Assembly: GCA_964016885.1 (NCBI GenBank)
Contig: OZ024740.1
Span: 228,098,001 to 228,162,000 of the forward strand
Reading direction: 5' to 3'
From: Eledone cirrhosa
Lineage: Eukaryota
DNA: 64,000 nt
The notes below the pieces were generated by a model. The model had not been told where the DNA came from and did no database searches. It was given only the letters and a program-made list of their open reading frames with translations. How positions within the stretch are numbered: the stretch's first letter is position 1; each line of letters starts with the position of its first letter. Positions 15,491-28,280 of the stretch are shown here, piece by piece. Made by a program: the position numbers and the translations under genes.

Positions 15491-17405
15491 ATGAACGCTG
15501 CGTCCAACGATAATGGTGGTGGAGAGGTGGTAAGACTACAAAGCTCGCAGTCAACAACGTCTTCTTCACTAGATACTATAGAGATGGAAAGACGAACTGA
15601 AAATGTAAAAACGAATTCATATCCAAACAACACAAATGACACCAAACAATTTAATGACAACAAAAATAACAGCAACACCAATAATGATGATAAAAACAAC
15701 AATGATAACAACAACAAAGAAAAAAATAAAGACAACACCAATAACACCAGCATCAAAGACAACAACAACACCAAAGAAAATACGAATAATACCAACATCG
15801 GTGACAACAAGAATAACAACAACAATAACAACAATAATGACAACACCAACAACACGGATTCCACAAAGAAACCAAAAATCTCCTTTGCAGAGAAAGTTAA
15901 AAAAAAGGAGGAATTGATATATCTCGACATAACAAATGCTGAACAACTTTTAAAGGACGCTAGGAGATATGTCACTTTCGAAAAAAATGGTGCTTTCAGC
16001 ATCAATTCTCCGGTAGAAATTCGCAAGGAAACTGCTCTCAAAACGATAGTTTTTAGGACAGTTTCCAATTCTACCCGAAAACCAGTCCAATTGTCACAGA
16101 AAGAAATTGAACTGGTTTTCAAAAATTCAATGAATGATATTGCATTCATTCAAAGAAGCAAACTTTTTGGGAGTATTTCGGTACTCATGAAGGATCAATT
16201 GACGGCCCAAAATTACTCTGTGTCGCCAATTGTATCCAACCTGTATACCTTTTTCCCTACATACATAGGAAAAAGGACACAAAAGATCAGAATCACGAGT
16301 GTCACACCAAAGGTGAACATATGGTGGATACTGTGCGGCTTCATAAATTTTGATGAAGACAGAATACTGTCAGTAGGAAAGTCCCCCAGAGATGTATTCA
16401 ATAGGACTAGCATTGAAGTTCTGGTGCAAATGAGCCCAGAGCGAATAGCTATGATCCCACAACGTGTACTCCTGGGCGGACTCACCTACTTAACTTTTCG
16501 GTTGAGGGTAGGCGGCCTTCATGTTACCATTGCTTTAGCAGGGGTCACCTGAGGGCTTCCTGTCCTAAATTAATGAACCAAAAAAAGGCTCTTCTGCCGA
16601 CACCCATCAAAACAACACAACCACCAACACCACCACCACAACAACAACACCAACACACAAAAATAACCATACAAACACAGTCCCACCCAACCCCACTCCA
16701 CCTAAAACCACTGCAAAATCACATACAGACACAACAGCTCCCCAAGACATACCACTCCCCAATCACGCAGACGATACAACAGATGAGGCTATCTCGCCAT
16801 CACCCAGTGAAGACGAGGGAGAACCCCATCGCTCGAAAAGAAAGAAAAGACATCACAAAAGCAAAAAACCAGCAAACACTACCACAAACATACAACCACC
16901 AACACAAACAACACAAACATCACAAACAAAACCCCCACCTCCTGAAAACAAAATACCTACAACAAAACGAAAGCACACACAAGAACTACAGACAAAAACA
17001 AACACAACACAAGAAAATTACACTTACACTTACATAAACACTGAAAACAAAACACTAATGGAGACCATCACGAACGACCCTTCGGTGAAAACCGAAGGGA
17101 AAACTTTCGCCCACTCTATTAAAAATAGCAAAAAACTGAACCTAAAACTGATTAGGGTCCCTATACAAACTTATAGGTCCCTAAAAGAAACATTTGAGAA
17201 GGATGTGGGGAATTCCTGCGTGAAACCACTCAACCGTGTCCTTCTCAAATGCCTCCCCACCCCAGACACCCCCATCCCACCAGACCCCACCCCACCAAAC
17301 ATCTGCGTCCCCACCCCGTCGGAAACCACCACCCATCCAGACAACCCCTCCAACACCCCCATGGAAATCGTGCGGCCTGGTCCCCAGGAGGCGAAGGGTG
17401 AGTGA
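15491..17405 (+). pseudogene. Tx1 ORF1 (Gag-like, Asn-rich N-terminus, CCHC knuckle), frameshifted
   Basis: ISFAEKVKK motif; CYHCFSRGHLRASC out of frame at ~16520 (in frame as CYYCFSRGHLRASC in the 49384 copy). Confidence 0.85.
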
Positions 17406-17438
17406 TCTCTTTTCCTCTTTTAACTTTTCAGCACCAAC

Positions 17439-20400
17439 GTGGCCAATATAAGAGTTGGATGTGTGAACGTACGCGGCCTGGGGATGCCCTGGAAACAGGG
17501 CAAACTCTTAAACGACCTCAGGTCGCACAGTATGGATGTGGTAGCCATTTGCGAGTTCAGGATCCACGGCGAGCGACAGCTGGCCCCCATCTTCGATGAC
17601 TTTGAGATCTACGCATCTCTCTGTCAACCGGGGGGTGGGGGCGGAGTTGCCGTTTTGCTGCGGAAACACCTGGGCCTCGTAACACAGACGGTACATCTGG
17701 ACCCGGAGGGTCGACTGGTGGTCCTAAACGTTGACGGTAGTGAAGGTGGAGCCTTCAGGCTGGTGGTCGCATATGCCCCATCCGGGACACCGCGGCCAGA
17801 CTTCTTCAAACGTCTAGAGACTTTTCTGGGAACGTCCCGCTCCTTGCTTTTAGTGGGGGACTGGAATGGAATCCTAGATGCACGTTGGGACTATGTGGGA
17901 GCATGTCCCGATAAAGGGGGGTGTAACAGCCTCAAACAGTTAATCGACCGATTTGACCTGGCCGATAGATATCGACTAGATTTTCCGACTGCGCCACTGT
18001 GGACGTGGAGTAATCGTAGCGGAACATCTAGATCGTACCTAGATAGGGTTCTAGTTAGAAATAAGGATAGGGACATGTTAAGCTGTCCACAAATGTTCAT
18101 GGTTGCCTATTCAGATCACAAACTAGTGACCTGCATGGCCAACCTTGATAGAACCCATAGACAAGGACCCCGCTACTGGAAGCTGAACTTGTCGTTACCG
18201 ACAAGCAAAGCCTACAGTAGACGGATTAGCACTTTAGTTAAACAGCACTTGACAGGGGTCATTGTCATCAACAGATGGTGGTACTCTCTCAAGAGGGCAG
18301 TTAGATTAGACTCGATAGTTTTTAGTAAAGAATTAGCGTTAGATAGAAATAGAACCGAGAAGGAACTGGTAGATAAAGTAGAAGAGGCAATTAGAAGTGG
18401 CAACGTAGCCAGCGTGCTAGCAACGAGAACGGCCTTGGAGAAGCAACATACGTGCTCTGGGAAACGAGGGAGCCAAAGCTGTTAGCTGGGCCCGAGTGAC
18501 GGAGGCAAAAAGTGGCAACAAGTCCACGATTCGGTCTTTGAAGGACCAAAACGGACGCGTGATACGTGAGCCAAAGCAGATGTGTGCGGCTTTTCAGCGG
18601 CACTTTGCTCAGCTGTTCGGGGGGGGGGGGGGAGGCTATGGATTTCGCTCCATACCTCGACGGCCTACCGCGACTCTCGGACAGCGAGGAAAAGTTCTGC
18701 GAAAAGCTGATTTCAGCCACTGAGATAGGGGACGCGCTGAGCCAATGCGGCAAACGCAAATCTCCAGGTCTCGACGGTCTACGAATTTTACGTAGCAATG
18801 CCGGACTTATTCTCCGGTCTCCTGGAAGCGGTCTACTGCAACTGGCAACAGAACGGGAGAATTCCCAGTTCTGTAATCGGGGGCGTGATCACACTAATCA
18901 GGAAGGACGAGAGTTACAGATTTTGGCCAAGGTGTTGGCAAAGAGGCTGGCGCTTGTCGTCGAGAACCTGGTGGGAGAAGCGCAGACATGCGCAATCCCG
19001 ACCAGGTCCATACACGACAACCTCCACCTCATACGATACATCATATAGAGGGTAGGGTGTAAACCCGGCTTCGGTGGGGCCCTGATCAACTTGGATCAGT
19101 CTAAGGCTTTCGATAGGGTTGATCATCGTTACCTGGATGCGGTGCTCGAGGCGGCAGGCTTCGGACCCGTGTTCAGGGGCTGGATTGCTGCAATGAACAA
19201 CAGCAACATCTGCTCAAGGGTCAAGGTGAACGGCTACCTCTCGGAGCCGTTCCATATTACGCGATCCATTCGACAGGCATGCCCTCTCTCCTCCCTTCTG
19301 TACGTACTGACTCTCGAGCCACTACTGCGGAAGTTGGAGCTATTGCAGGGCATCCCTCTGGAACCGGGACTGCGGAAAGCGGCGTCGGCCTACGCCGACG
19401 ACGTGACAGTAATGGTGTCGAGCGCCTCGAGGAAGTCGCCACCTTACTGAAGGAATACGAAAGTTTCACAGGAGCGAAGCTGAACCGGGACAAGTCCATC
19501 GGTTTGCAACTCGGATCGTGGAGAGGCAAACCGATGCCTTCCGATGGCGTCGTCTGACGCTGGACGGAAGGACCGGTAAAGCTGCTCGGGGTCTGGTTTG
19601 GTCCGGACCTCCAGGTGGAGAAGAACTGGAACGAAGTGACGGCCAAGGTGTTTGCACTCACCCAGAAGTGGGCCGAGTGCAAACTATCCTTGAAAGGTCG
19701 AGCGGAAGTGGCGAACACTTTTATAGCGTCCGCCATCTACTACCGCTTGACCGTCGTGCCTTGTCCAGCCAAAACGCTCGCCAAAATGGAACGCGCGCTC
19801 TTCCGATTCCTTTGGAAGAGGCGGGCTCCTTTGGTGAGAAGATCCATCTGCTGCCAACACCCTTCTAACGGAGGGCTGGGGATGCCGTGGTTGACGATGA
19901 GCAAACACGCGCTCAGGCTGCGGCATCTCTACGTATTCCTCACCGGACAACCGGTGTGGGCCCCGTTCGTGAGGCGAGCCTTCCCACGACTCGTCTCGCT
20001 GACCGAGCTGCAGTCCTGGGTCAAGCAAAGACCGAGGAAAATGGGCGACTGGCACATCGAATGTGCTCAGGCGCTCACAGCCCTCTGGCAGGCGGACCCG
20101 GCGATCAGTGGAGACTCCACTTCGTCATTCTATAGAGGGTTGAAACTCTAGGCGTAGAGGAAGATGAACTGGCCAGTCTGTTCGGTAGGACCTTCCGCCC
20201 GGGACCGATGGACAACTTCCAAAAGTCCCTGGCCTGGCAGTGCTACCGAGGAGCTCTACCAGTTCGAGACAAGCTCTACAGACATGGGCGCCCGGGCAGG
20301 GACCCTGCAAAAAAGATCTGTCCGAGGTGCGTGCGAGACGAAGAAACCGTCGCGCATGCATTCATACACTGCCCGGGCGTCACTGACCTGTGGGGCTATG

Positions 20401-20736
20401 TAGAACGACTATTGTCGCGGGTGGGACCAATCCAGTTGACCTCTGAGTCCATTGTCATGATCAAACCGCCACCCTCCTTCAAAAACGAAGGAGAGGCGGT
20501 TTTCCTTTGTGTGATAGCTATGGCGAAAGAGGTTGTATGGTGGACAAGGTTGAAAGGGCTGAGGTCAGACACCTTTCTCTCCGGCCAACAACTGATTCTT
20601 TTTTTCAAATACCACTTTGGAAGAAGAATCAGGATGGAGAGAGAGGTGCTGTACTCAAAGCAAGTTTTATGAAAGGTGGGTGAAAGTGGCGAGAATGGCC
20701 CGAGTGAATGGGCCTTCTCTCTATATCAGCCTGTAG
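17439..20736 (+). pseudogene. Tx1 ORF2 (APE endonuclease + reverse transcriptase + CCHC), multiple frameshifts
   Basis: NVRGL, GDWN, YLDR, SDH (APE); KSPGLDG, DQSKAFDRVDH, RQACPLS, AYADD (RT); CPRC...HAFIHC. The start is ATG in the copy at ~50655. Confidence 0.93.
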
Positions 20737-21045
20737 GTTGAGGAAAAGGAGGAGGAGAGGAAAGGAGTACAAACTCTTCGTACTCCTGGAGATGAGGGTT
20801 GCACATTTTTTTTCGGGGGTATGTGTTACTCATATAAACTGTCTCCCCCTATTGGGGAAAATCGACTAACTTTTTAAATTCCATTTGTGATAACATTTTA
20901 CACGTTTTTATTGTATGTAAACTTCCCTCTTTGTATTTGTCCCCTTCTTTTGTGCCCCTGTGGATAATAAAGAAATCTATCTATCTATCTATCTATCTGT
21001 CTGTCTGCCTATCTTTACACACACAAACACCTTACCGACAGATAA

Positions 21046-23268
21046 TACTGGTCAACATACTTTTGCTGACATAGGTTTTGTTGTTGCTTTTAGCTAATTT
21101 TGAGGTGCTGATTTCAAATATGGCATCCATTTTCCCCCAACACACCAGGTTTTCATTCGATAGCATATTCCTACTTTATTATGCATTGTATGAATAATAT
21201 TATTTACTTAGGATGAAGTAATAAGTCGTATAGCTTGAAACCATAAGTGATAATGTCAATAGAATCTGATATGATAGATGAAATATAAGATAACATCACC
21301 TTTTATTAAATACATCTTGTTAATTCTCAAATAAAATGGCTAAAGCACAATCGTACACTAACCAGCATATTCATGGAACAAAATTTCGCTTACGAGAACG
21401 CTTGGAGTGTTTCATGTCTACATAGTCACTTTGAATACTCCAACAGTACTCTGCCATCATGTATGTGTTCCATCTACCTTAACCATAATATCTTGATGGA
21501 AGCACACACCATGCTCATCGCTCACGTCTCCAAGATTAGCAGGAAATTCATTGAGATGGCTCTTGAGGAAATTAATCTTTATGCTTATGTTGCAGCCTAA
21601 AAGATGAAAGCTATCAAGCAATGTTTCCACCAAATCCATGTAGTTTGCTGACCGAAATTCCTTTCACAATAGACACAAATGAATCCTATGCTCTTTTCTC
21701 TTCGTCAGTCATCGAACTTGGGAAGTTTTGGCATTTCATTAACTTTCTGATTTGTGTCTCGTCAAAAATACCAGCCTTTATTTTATCATAACTTAGGCCA
21801 GGAAATGTTGTACATATGAATTGGAAACAGTCACCCTCCACATTGAGATCTTTGACAAACTGCTTCATTAGTCCTAGTTTAATATGGAGGGGCGGGAAGA
21901 TGATTTCCTCTCGCCCAACAAGTGCTTGGTGTATGATATTCTTCTTCCCATCAGTGAAATTTTTTCTAACTGGCCAGTGCTTCTGTTCCCAATGTTTGTC
22001 TTTCGCTTGGCTATCCCATAAACACAGGAAATATGGACATTTTGTATACCCTCCTTGTTGGCTAACTAAAAAGTTGACCATTTTCAGATCCACACATATG
22101 TCCTATTTGTGTTCATCATACTTGAGTAAATGTAATACAGTTTTTATGTTTTTATGCTTCTTTTTACACAGAGTGACCAATAGAAATTGCCCCTAACAAG
22201 TTTCCATTATGGAGTAATACACATTTCAGATTCTTCTTTGAATTATCTATAAAGAGTCTCCATTTATAAGGATGATACTGTAGGTAGAGCACCCATCGTT
22301 TTAAACAGTCCCGCCACGTCACAACAGTAAACAAAATCTTTTTCAGTTTTAAAGAATGCCTAGAGATCTTTTTCTCTGTTCCGATAAAAGTTTACATCTG
22401 TTTCTTTCTGCAGCATATTCTTTAAGTCTAAAAGCTAACAGTTCTGATAACTCTTTTGACAGGCCTAAGTCTCTAATTAAATCATTCAGTTCTCCCTGGT
22501 TGAAGTTTTCACGTTCCGTGGTTGCTGTATCTACAAAGTCTGTATCACTGTTATGTTCATGATTTTCATCAGATACACATATATCACTTTCATCTTCCAG
22601 TGACGGTAATTATGTGTAAACAGGTATTGGTACTTCATCTGAATGATGCACAGGACGGATTCATCAGATACACATATATCACTTTCATCTTCCAGTGACG
22701 GTAATTCTGTGTAAACAGGTATTGGTACTTCATCTGAATGATGCACAGGACGGATTCATCAGATACACATATATCACTTTCATCTTCCAGTGACGGTAAT
22801 TATGTGTAAACAGGTATTGGTACTTCATCTGAATGATGCACAGGACGGATTCATCAGATACACATATATCACTTTCATCTTCCAGTGACGGTAATTATGT
22901 GTAAACAGGTATTGGTACTTCATCTGAATGATGCACAGGACGGATTCATCAGATACACATATATCACTTTCATCTTCCAGTGACGGTAATTATGTGTAAA
23001 CAGGTATTGGTACTTCATCTGAATGATGCACGGGACGGATTCATCAGATACACATATATCACTTTCATCTTCCAGTGACGGTAATTCTGTGTAAACAGGT
23101 ATTGGTACTTCATCTGAATGATGCACGGGACGGATTGCTGAATCCTAAAAATCTTGACGCGATAGAAAAAAAGTATTGTCATTTTTAAAACTCAGCGGGT
23201 CCAAATTACTCAAGAACAGGTCTCAAACTTAGGTCAGCAGAAAAAAAGCAAATTTTTGTTGACCAGTG
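21046..23268 (-). mobile_element. Chapaev3-like (CMC) DNA transposon remnant
   Basis: TIRs (t)actggtcaaca / tgttgaccagtg with taa on both sides; transposase pieces DLKMVNFL..QQGGYTK..FLCLWDS, PPLHIKLGLMKQFVK, KIKAGIFD, HLNEFPANLGDVSDEHG. Confidence 0.8.
22565..23134. repeat. Six tandem 95-bp copies of a transposase coding segment
   Basis: ttcatcagatacac... recurs at 22565, 22660, 22755, 22850, 22945 and 23040; encodes PVHHSDEVPIPVYTELPSLEDESD on the minus strand. Confidence 0.95.
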
Positions 23269-23672
23269 TAATAAGTATCGCCTTTTCCCCCGATCAATCG
23301 GTTTTGATAACTGATCATTATTGTTGGCCTTGTGCCAAAAAGTAGAAACAATTATTGTTTTAGAGCACAAAAATCACGTGTGGCGTATTGTCATCCTTTA
23401 ACGGAGTGTCAGATAGGTTTAACTAATGTTGGGCTCATGACAACCTTTACATGTTATAATATATATTAAATTGTATGAGGTGCACAAGATGTCGTTTTTA
23501 ATTTTGAAAACAAATCCTTGTTTGTATATATAATATATATAATATAATTATTCCAAGTAATTAGTGTTGGTTGATCAAGCAATCGACCGATTATGGTGTA
23601 TTCAGTCGTAAGCAATCCACATTGTGGGTACCTTAATGGTATCAAACGAAGTGTCAATATCATAAAAAAGAA

Positions 23673-23985
23673 GAGAGACGGTATCACGTATACATCATCC
23701 GTTTATTACATCATCCTGTTATGAACATTTCAAAGTCATCAAAGTCGTTGTGTAACAATAAGTTGATGTATTGTCATCAGACAGGTATTTAAGTGTCATG
23801 TTATTTTGCTTTTGTTTTTGAAATGCTCGCCATAGTATTGAACTTATTTAACAGTCTGGCTTTACGTGAGCATATGCTGATGACAGCACTTCAAATAATT
23901 GTTACACAACGACTTTAATGACTTTTGAAATGTGCATGACAGGATGATGTAATAAACTGAAGATGTTTACGTGATACTGTCTCTC
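23673..23985. mobile_element. Diverged PLE-type fold-back with HHR
   Basis: Imperfect inverted arms ~23673-23785 / ~23875-23985. Confidence 0.75.
23715..23785 (-). ncRNA. Hammerhead ribozyme motif
   Basis: Minus strand: cctgt-CTGATGA-...-GAAA-tgttc-ATA-acagg; 5-bp stem I, weak stem II. Confidence 0.6.
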
Positions 23986-24139
23986 ACTATAGAGACACAT
24001 TCATCATTAACTGTCGAGTCAAAATCAAAACGATTTCGCTTCGCTACTGAGATTTTCTTACCAAGTAAGATCTCCAGGTTACACACACGCACACACACAC
24101 ACACACGCACACGCACACATACACACACACTCGCGCGCA

Positions 24140-24241
<102 letters not shown>

Positions 24242-24424
24242 AACAAAGATAATGATTCATATTTCATCATTTGAATGATTACATATAGCTAGAAATTCTA
24301 AGTAGCGACGGGACGAACCACCAGTTTCAACGAATGAATATATTTCATTACCATATGTTGAGTATATTATGTCTCGTTTGTTAATCCGAATACATATATA
24401 CATACATACATGCAAACACACACG

Positions 24425-24533
<109 letters not shown>

Positions 24534-24640
24534 CACACACACACACAGTCACACACCCACACCCACATATATATATACAAAAAGTAAAGTGAAACAATTA
24601 ACCCGATAACACAGTCGTAAACGCTTGATATAGTAGGAAA

Positions 24641-24680
24641 AGAGTCTTTACGCTTCGGAGATTAGTCCTTCATCAAAAGA
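24641..24680 (-). ncRNA. Degenerate minimal hammerhead
   Basis: Minus strand: tctt-TTGATGA-aggactaatctcc-GAAG-cgta-aaga; core mutated, resembles the 32183 copy. Confidence 0.45.
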
Positions 24681-25343
24681 TAGCATGAGAAATGAAAGAT
24701 GAAATAGAAAGATAGTGAGTGAGAAGAAGAAGGAATGGAACATTTTCAAAAAAAAAACACATGTGCACACACACACACACACACACACACCCAGACATAC
24801 ACAGACACACACATGTACACACATATATATAGATTTATATATATATATATATATATGCATATATACATACATTTTTAGTCGATCATATTTTGAAGTCTGG
24901 TATTTATTTTATCTCATCAATCTCCAATTGGCGAACCGCTAAGTTAGAGGACATAAACATAGATACAGACACAAAAGCAACACACAGACACATACGCACA
25001 CATGTATATGATGGGCTACAGTAGAAGACACTTGCCCAAGCTGCCGCACAGTGAAACAGAACCTGCAACAACATGTTTGTGAAGCGAACTTCTTATTCAC
25101 ACAGCCATGCATGCGCCTATACATACATACTTACATACATACATAAATACATAAATACATACATACTTACATATATACATACGTACGTGCATACATACAT
25201 ACATTCATACATACGTACATACATACGTACGTGCATGCATACATATATACATACACACACACACACATATATATATATATGCTTACATACGTGCATAATA
25301 TATATATATATATATATATGTATATTATATGTGAGTGAGTGTA

Positions 25344-25388
<45 letters not shown>

Positions 25389-25428
25389 TTACATACGTGC
25401 ACATATATATATATGCTTACATACGTGC

Positions 25429-25523
<95 letters not shown>

Positions 25524-25531
25524 ACACACAC

Positions 25532-25563
<32 letters not shown>

Positions 25564-26524
25564 TGAGTGAGTGAGAGAAAGAAAGAGAGAGAGAGAGAGA
25601 GATGTATGTGTTGTGTCCTTACAAGAAAACACCACAGATATGTGTAGTTTTCAAAACTTCTGAAAACAAACCTCAATGTGGACGGTAAAGATTTTTTTTT
25701 CTTTTTTTTTTACAAGATTATTTTAAAGTAGATTATTAAGCTTTCATGAATGCATTTATGCTTTTAACCCCTGCTGAAAACCCCAAGAACCACCATGTGT
25801 ATATTTAATATTTACCTACTTACAATGTATAAATATATTTTTTTCTTCTCTCTCTCTCAGTAAGTTAATAGATGTCAGTATATTTAATGCATTGAGCATT
25901 AAAAAGCAATCGTAGAATCAAATATGCGGAGAGTAAAGAAAACATTTAGGCAATGACTAACATTTTTTCTTTTAGTTATTTTTTCTGGCAAATAGGGGAG
26001 ATAACTTTGGATATGTTTCTGTTTTTGTGCGTCTCTAACAAGTGTTGTTTTGCTGTAAGTTGTGGAAATGATAACAAAGGAATCGTTAAGTAAATATTTA
26101 TTAATGGATGAGCTTTATTTATAAAGATACATACGAACAGTGAAGTATTAACTGAATAAATACTCAATATATATGAGTTGTGTGTGGATTTTATTTTATA
26201 AAAGTAAAAAGAAAGGAAGTTGATAGTGACTTCGAAATTTCTGCTGTAGTGAGGCCCATTGTTACGGGGCCCAAACATGAACACACACACACACACACAC
26301 ACACTCACACACACACATACACACACACATATATATATATATAAATATAAATGCATGTATGTATGTATGTTTGTATGCATGTTCTTCTGGTTTTATAATT
26401 TCACAAATTTTTTCCCAATAAAGAGAGAGTTGGTTTCTAACATAGACACAAGACTCTCTCATGTATGTATGTATGTTTGTATGTATGTTTGTATGTATGT
26501 ATGTTTGTATGTTTGTTTGTATGT

Positions 26525-27043
26525 TTTATCTCTTTCTCTTAATTCCGAGTATATTTTTTTGACCGGCCACCTTCCTGGTGGCAAGGTTGTAAAAGAAAAG
26601 AAATTGTCATCCCTTGAATCGCAAGAATGTTTTGCAAATTTTGAAGGTGCCAGCTATCGCAGCCATTTGTAGACTATGAATTAGGGAGCTGCGCTCTTTG
26701 TCCGCAAATCCAAGTTCAGTCATACTTTGGTCCAAGCGGGTTGGTATATAACCCGTAGCTCCAATAATGATGGGTATGAAGCTAAAGGTGTATCTTGGAT
26801 ACTGGATTTGTAAACTCCTCATCAATGGTCCGTAGATGTCCTCCTTCTCTTGTATTTTTCTGACAACGTTTACATCAAGTGGGCAGCTGATCTCCACAAA
26901 AGAACACATTTTCAATGTGTGGTCCCAAACAACAATATCAGGCCGGTTGTGCTTTAATTTGGTGGCAGTTTTTATTTTCAGGTTCCACCAGTATTCCTTA
27001 GTGCCATCTGTCTCAATATATTCTTCCTCGTTTGTTGTTAATT
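26525..27043 (-). mobile_element. 3' fragment of R4/Dong-like RLE non-LTR retrotransposon in (CATA)n
   Basis: YWWNLKIKT..KHNRPDIVVWD...FVEISCPLD.NV..K..EK..IY..L...IPIIIGATG is a PD-(D/E)xK RLE domain; flanked by TATG-type repeats. Confidence 0.85.
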
Positions 27044-27132
27044 GTATGTATGTATGTATGTATGTATGTATGTATGTATGTATGTATGTATGTATGTATG
27101 TATGTATGTATGTATGTATGTATGTATGTATG

Positions 27133-27437
27133 TGAAAGGGAGTGAAAGGCCCCCAGTTGTTGTCACAACACCTTTCTAGGTGAGGGAAACTCTGAAAAAA
27201 ATCCTGCGGCTTCGGAAGCATCCGAGGATGTTCTCCTTTTCAGGTAGTGTTTTCGATATTCAGAGAGTGATATTGGTCGAGTGCAAGGCCTTCCCCACTT
27301 AAAAAACCTTCAAAGCACAGGCATTGCTTGTTCAGGATATGTTACAGGTTTGTGTGGCTGGCCGTAGCCTAAAAGTGCACCAAACTCTATAATTTGACAA
27401 GCGATTGCAGTACTCTTAGCAGAGTTTGCAGCCATCA
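27133..27437 (+). mobile_element. RTE-related non-autonomous element fragment with (TATG)n tail
   Basis: ctaggtgagggaaactctga, gcacaggcattgct and terminal gcagccatca parallel the element at 27678. Confidence 0.55.
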
Positions 27438-27502
27438 TGTATGTATGTATGTATGTATGTATGTATGTATGTATGTATGTATGTATGTATGTATGTATGT
27501 AT

Positions 27503-27610
27503 GTTATCTCTTTCTCTTAATTTCGAGTATATTTTTTTGACCGGCCACCTTCCTGGTGGCAAGGTTGTAAAAGAAAAGAAATTTTCATCCCTTGAATCGC
27601 AAGAATGTTT
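27503..27610 (-). mobile_element. Second short 3' fragment of the R4/Dong-like element
   Basis: Near-identical to 26525-26632; also embedded in (TATG)n. Confidence 0.85.
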
Positions 27611-27677
27611 ATGTATGTATGTATGTATGTATGTATGTATGTATGTATGTATGTATGTATGTATGTATGTATGTATG

Positions 27678-28280
27678 TCAGGTCACCACTTGGTGCTACT
27701 GGTAACATGTATCCCAGTACAACCTGTCTCATGGTCGGGTCGTTGGCGACTAAACTGACAACCCCACCAAGGTTTCTTGGTGAGGAGGGTGACTTTGGAC
27801 ATCCTGCAGGACTAAAAACCTGTCAAAGGGCAAAGGACCTCTTAAGAGTCAATGGCCATCCAAAATCACCGGGAAAGATGACCCCTTAGCCTTTGTCAAG
27901 GCAGAATTCTAGGAGAAGGAAAACTCTGATATAACACCTGCAACCCTGATGGTATCCAATGATGTTGACTTGTTCTTCTTTTTGGTAAATACCATCTTGG
28001 TTAAGAGAGTGGGACTGGCTTTGTGCAGTGCCTTTGCTCACTATAAAAGCTTCACGGCACAGGCATTGCTTTATATCTAGAGATCTCTCTGCACTTGTCA
28101 TCACATGGTACTATCGACCCAGCATTATGTGTCAATAATTGTCACAAGTGTATTGTTTGTACCAGAGTTTTCAAGTCGCTGGCTGGACTAAAAAGTTACA
28201 CTCGTTCAGCGCATCGGTAGGGTTGCTCCTACATGGATATAAAGTAGTGTCCGTACTCGAAAACGATTTGGCAGCCACCA
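27678..28280 (+). mobile_element. ~600-bp non-autonomous retroelement (RTE-related), (TATG)n tail
   Basis: Second copy inverted at 35045-35654; contains ctaggagaaggaaaactctgat, recalled from RTE 5' regions; no ORF. Confidence 0.7.

Larger units (their letters stand above)
15272..20975 (+). mobile_element. Full-length (decayed) Tx1-clade non-LTR retrotransposon
   Basis: 5'UTR, ORF1 with CCHC knuckle, ORF2 APE-RT-zinc finger and 3'UTR; flanked on both sides by (TATC)n. Confidence 0.93.

Noticed and set aside
15491-20736. Active Tx1 element
   Set aside because: Multiple frameshifts, stops and deletions in both ORFs; reported as pseudogenes.
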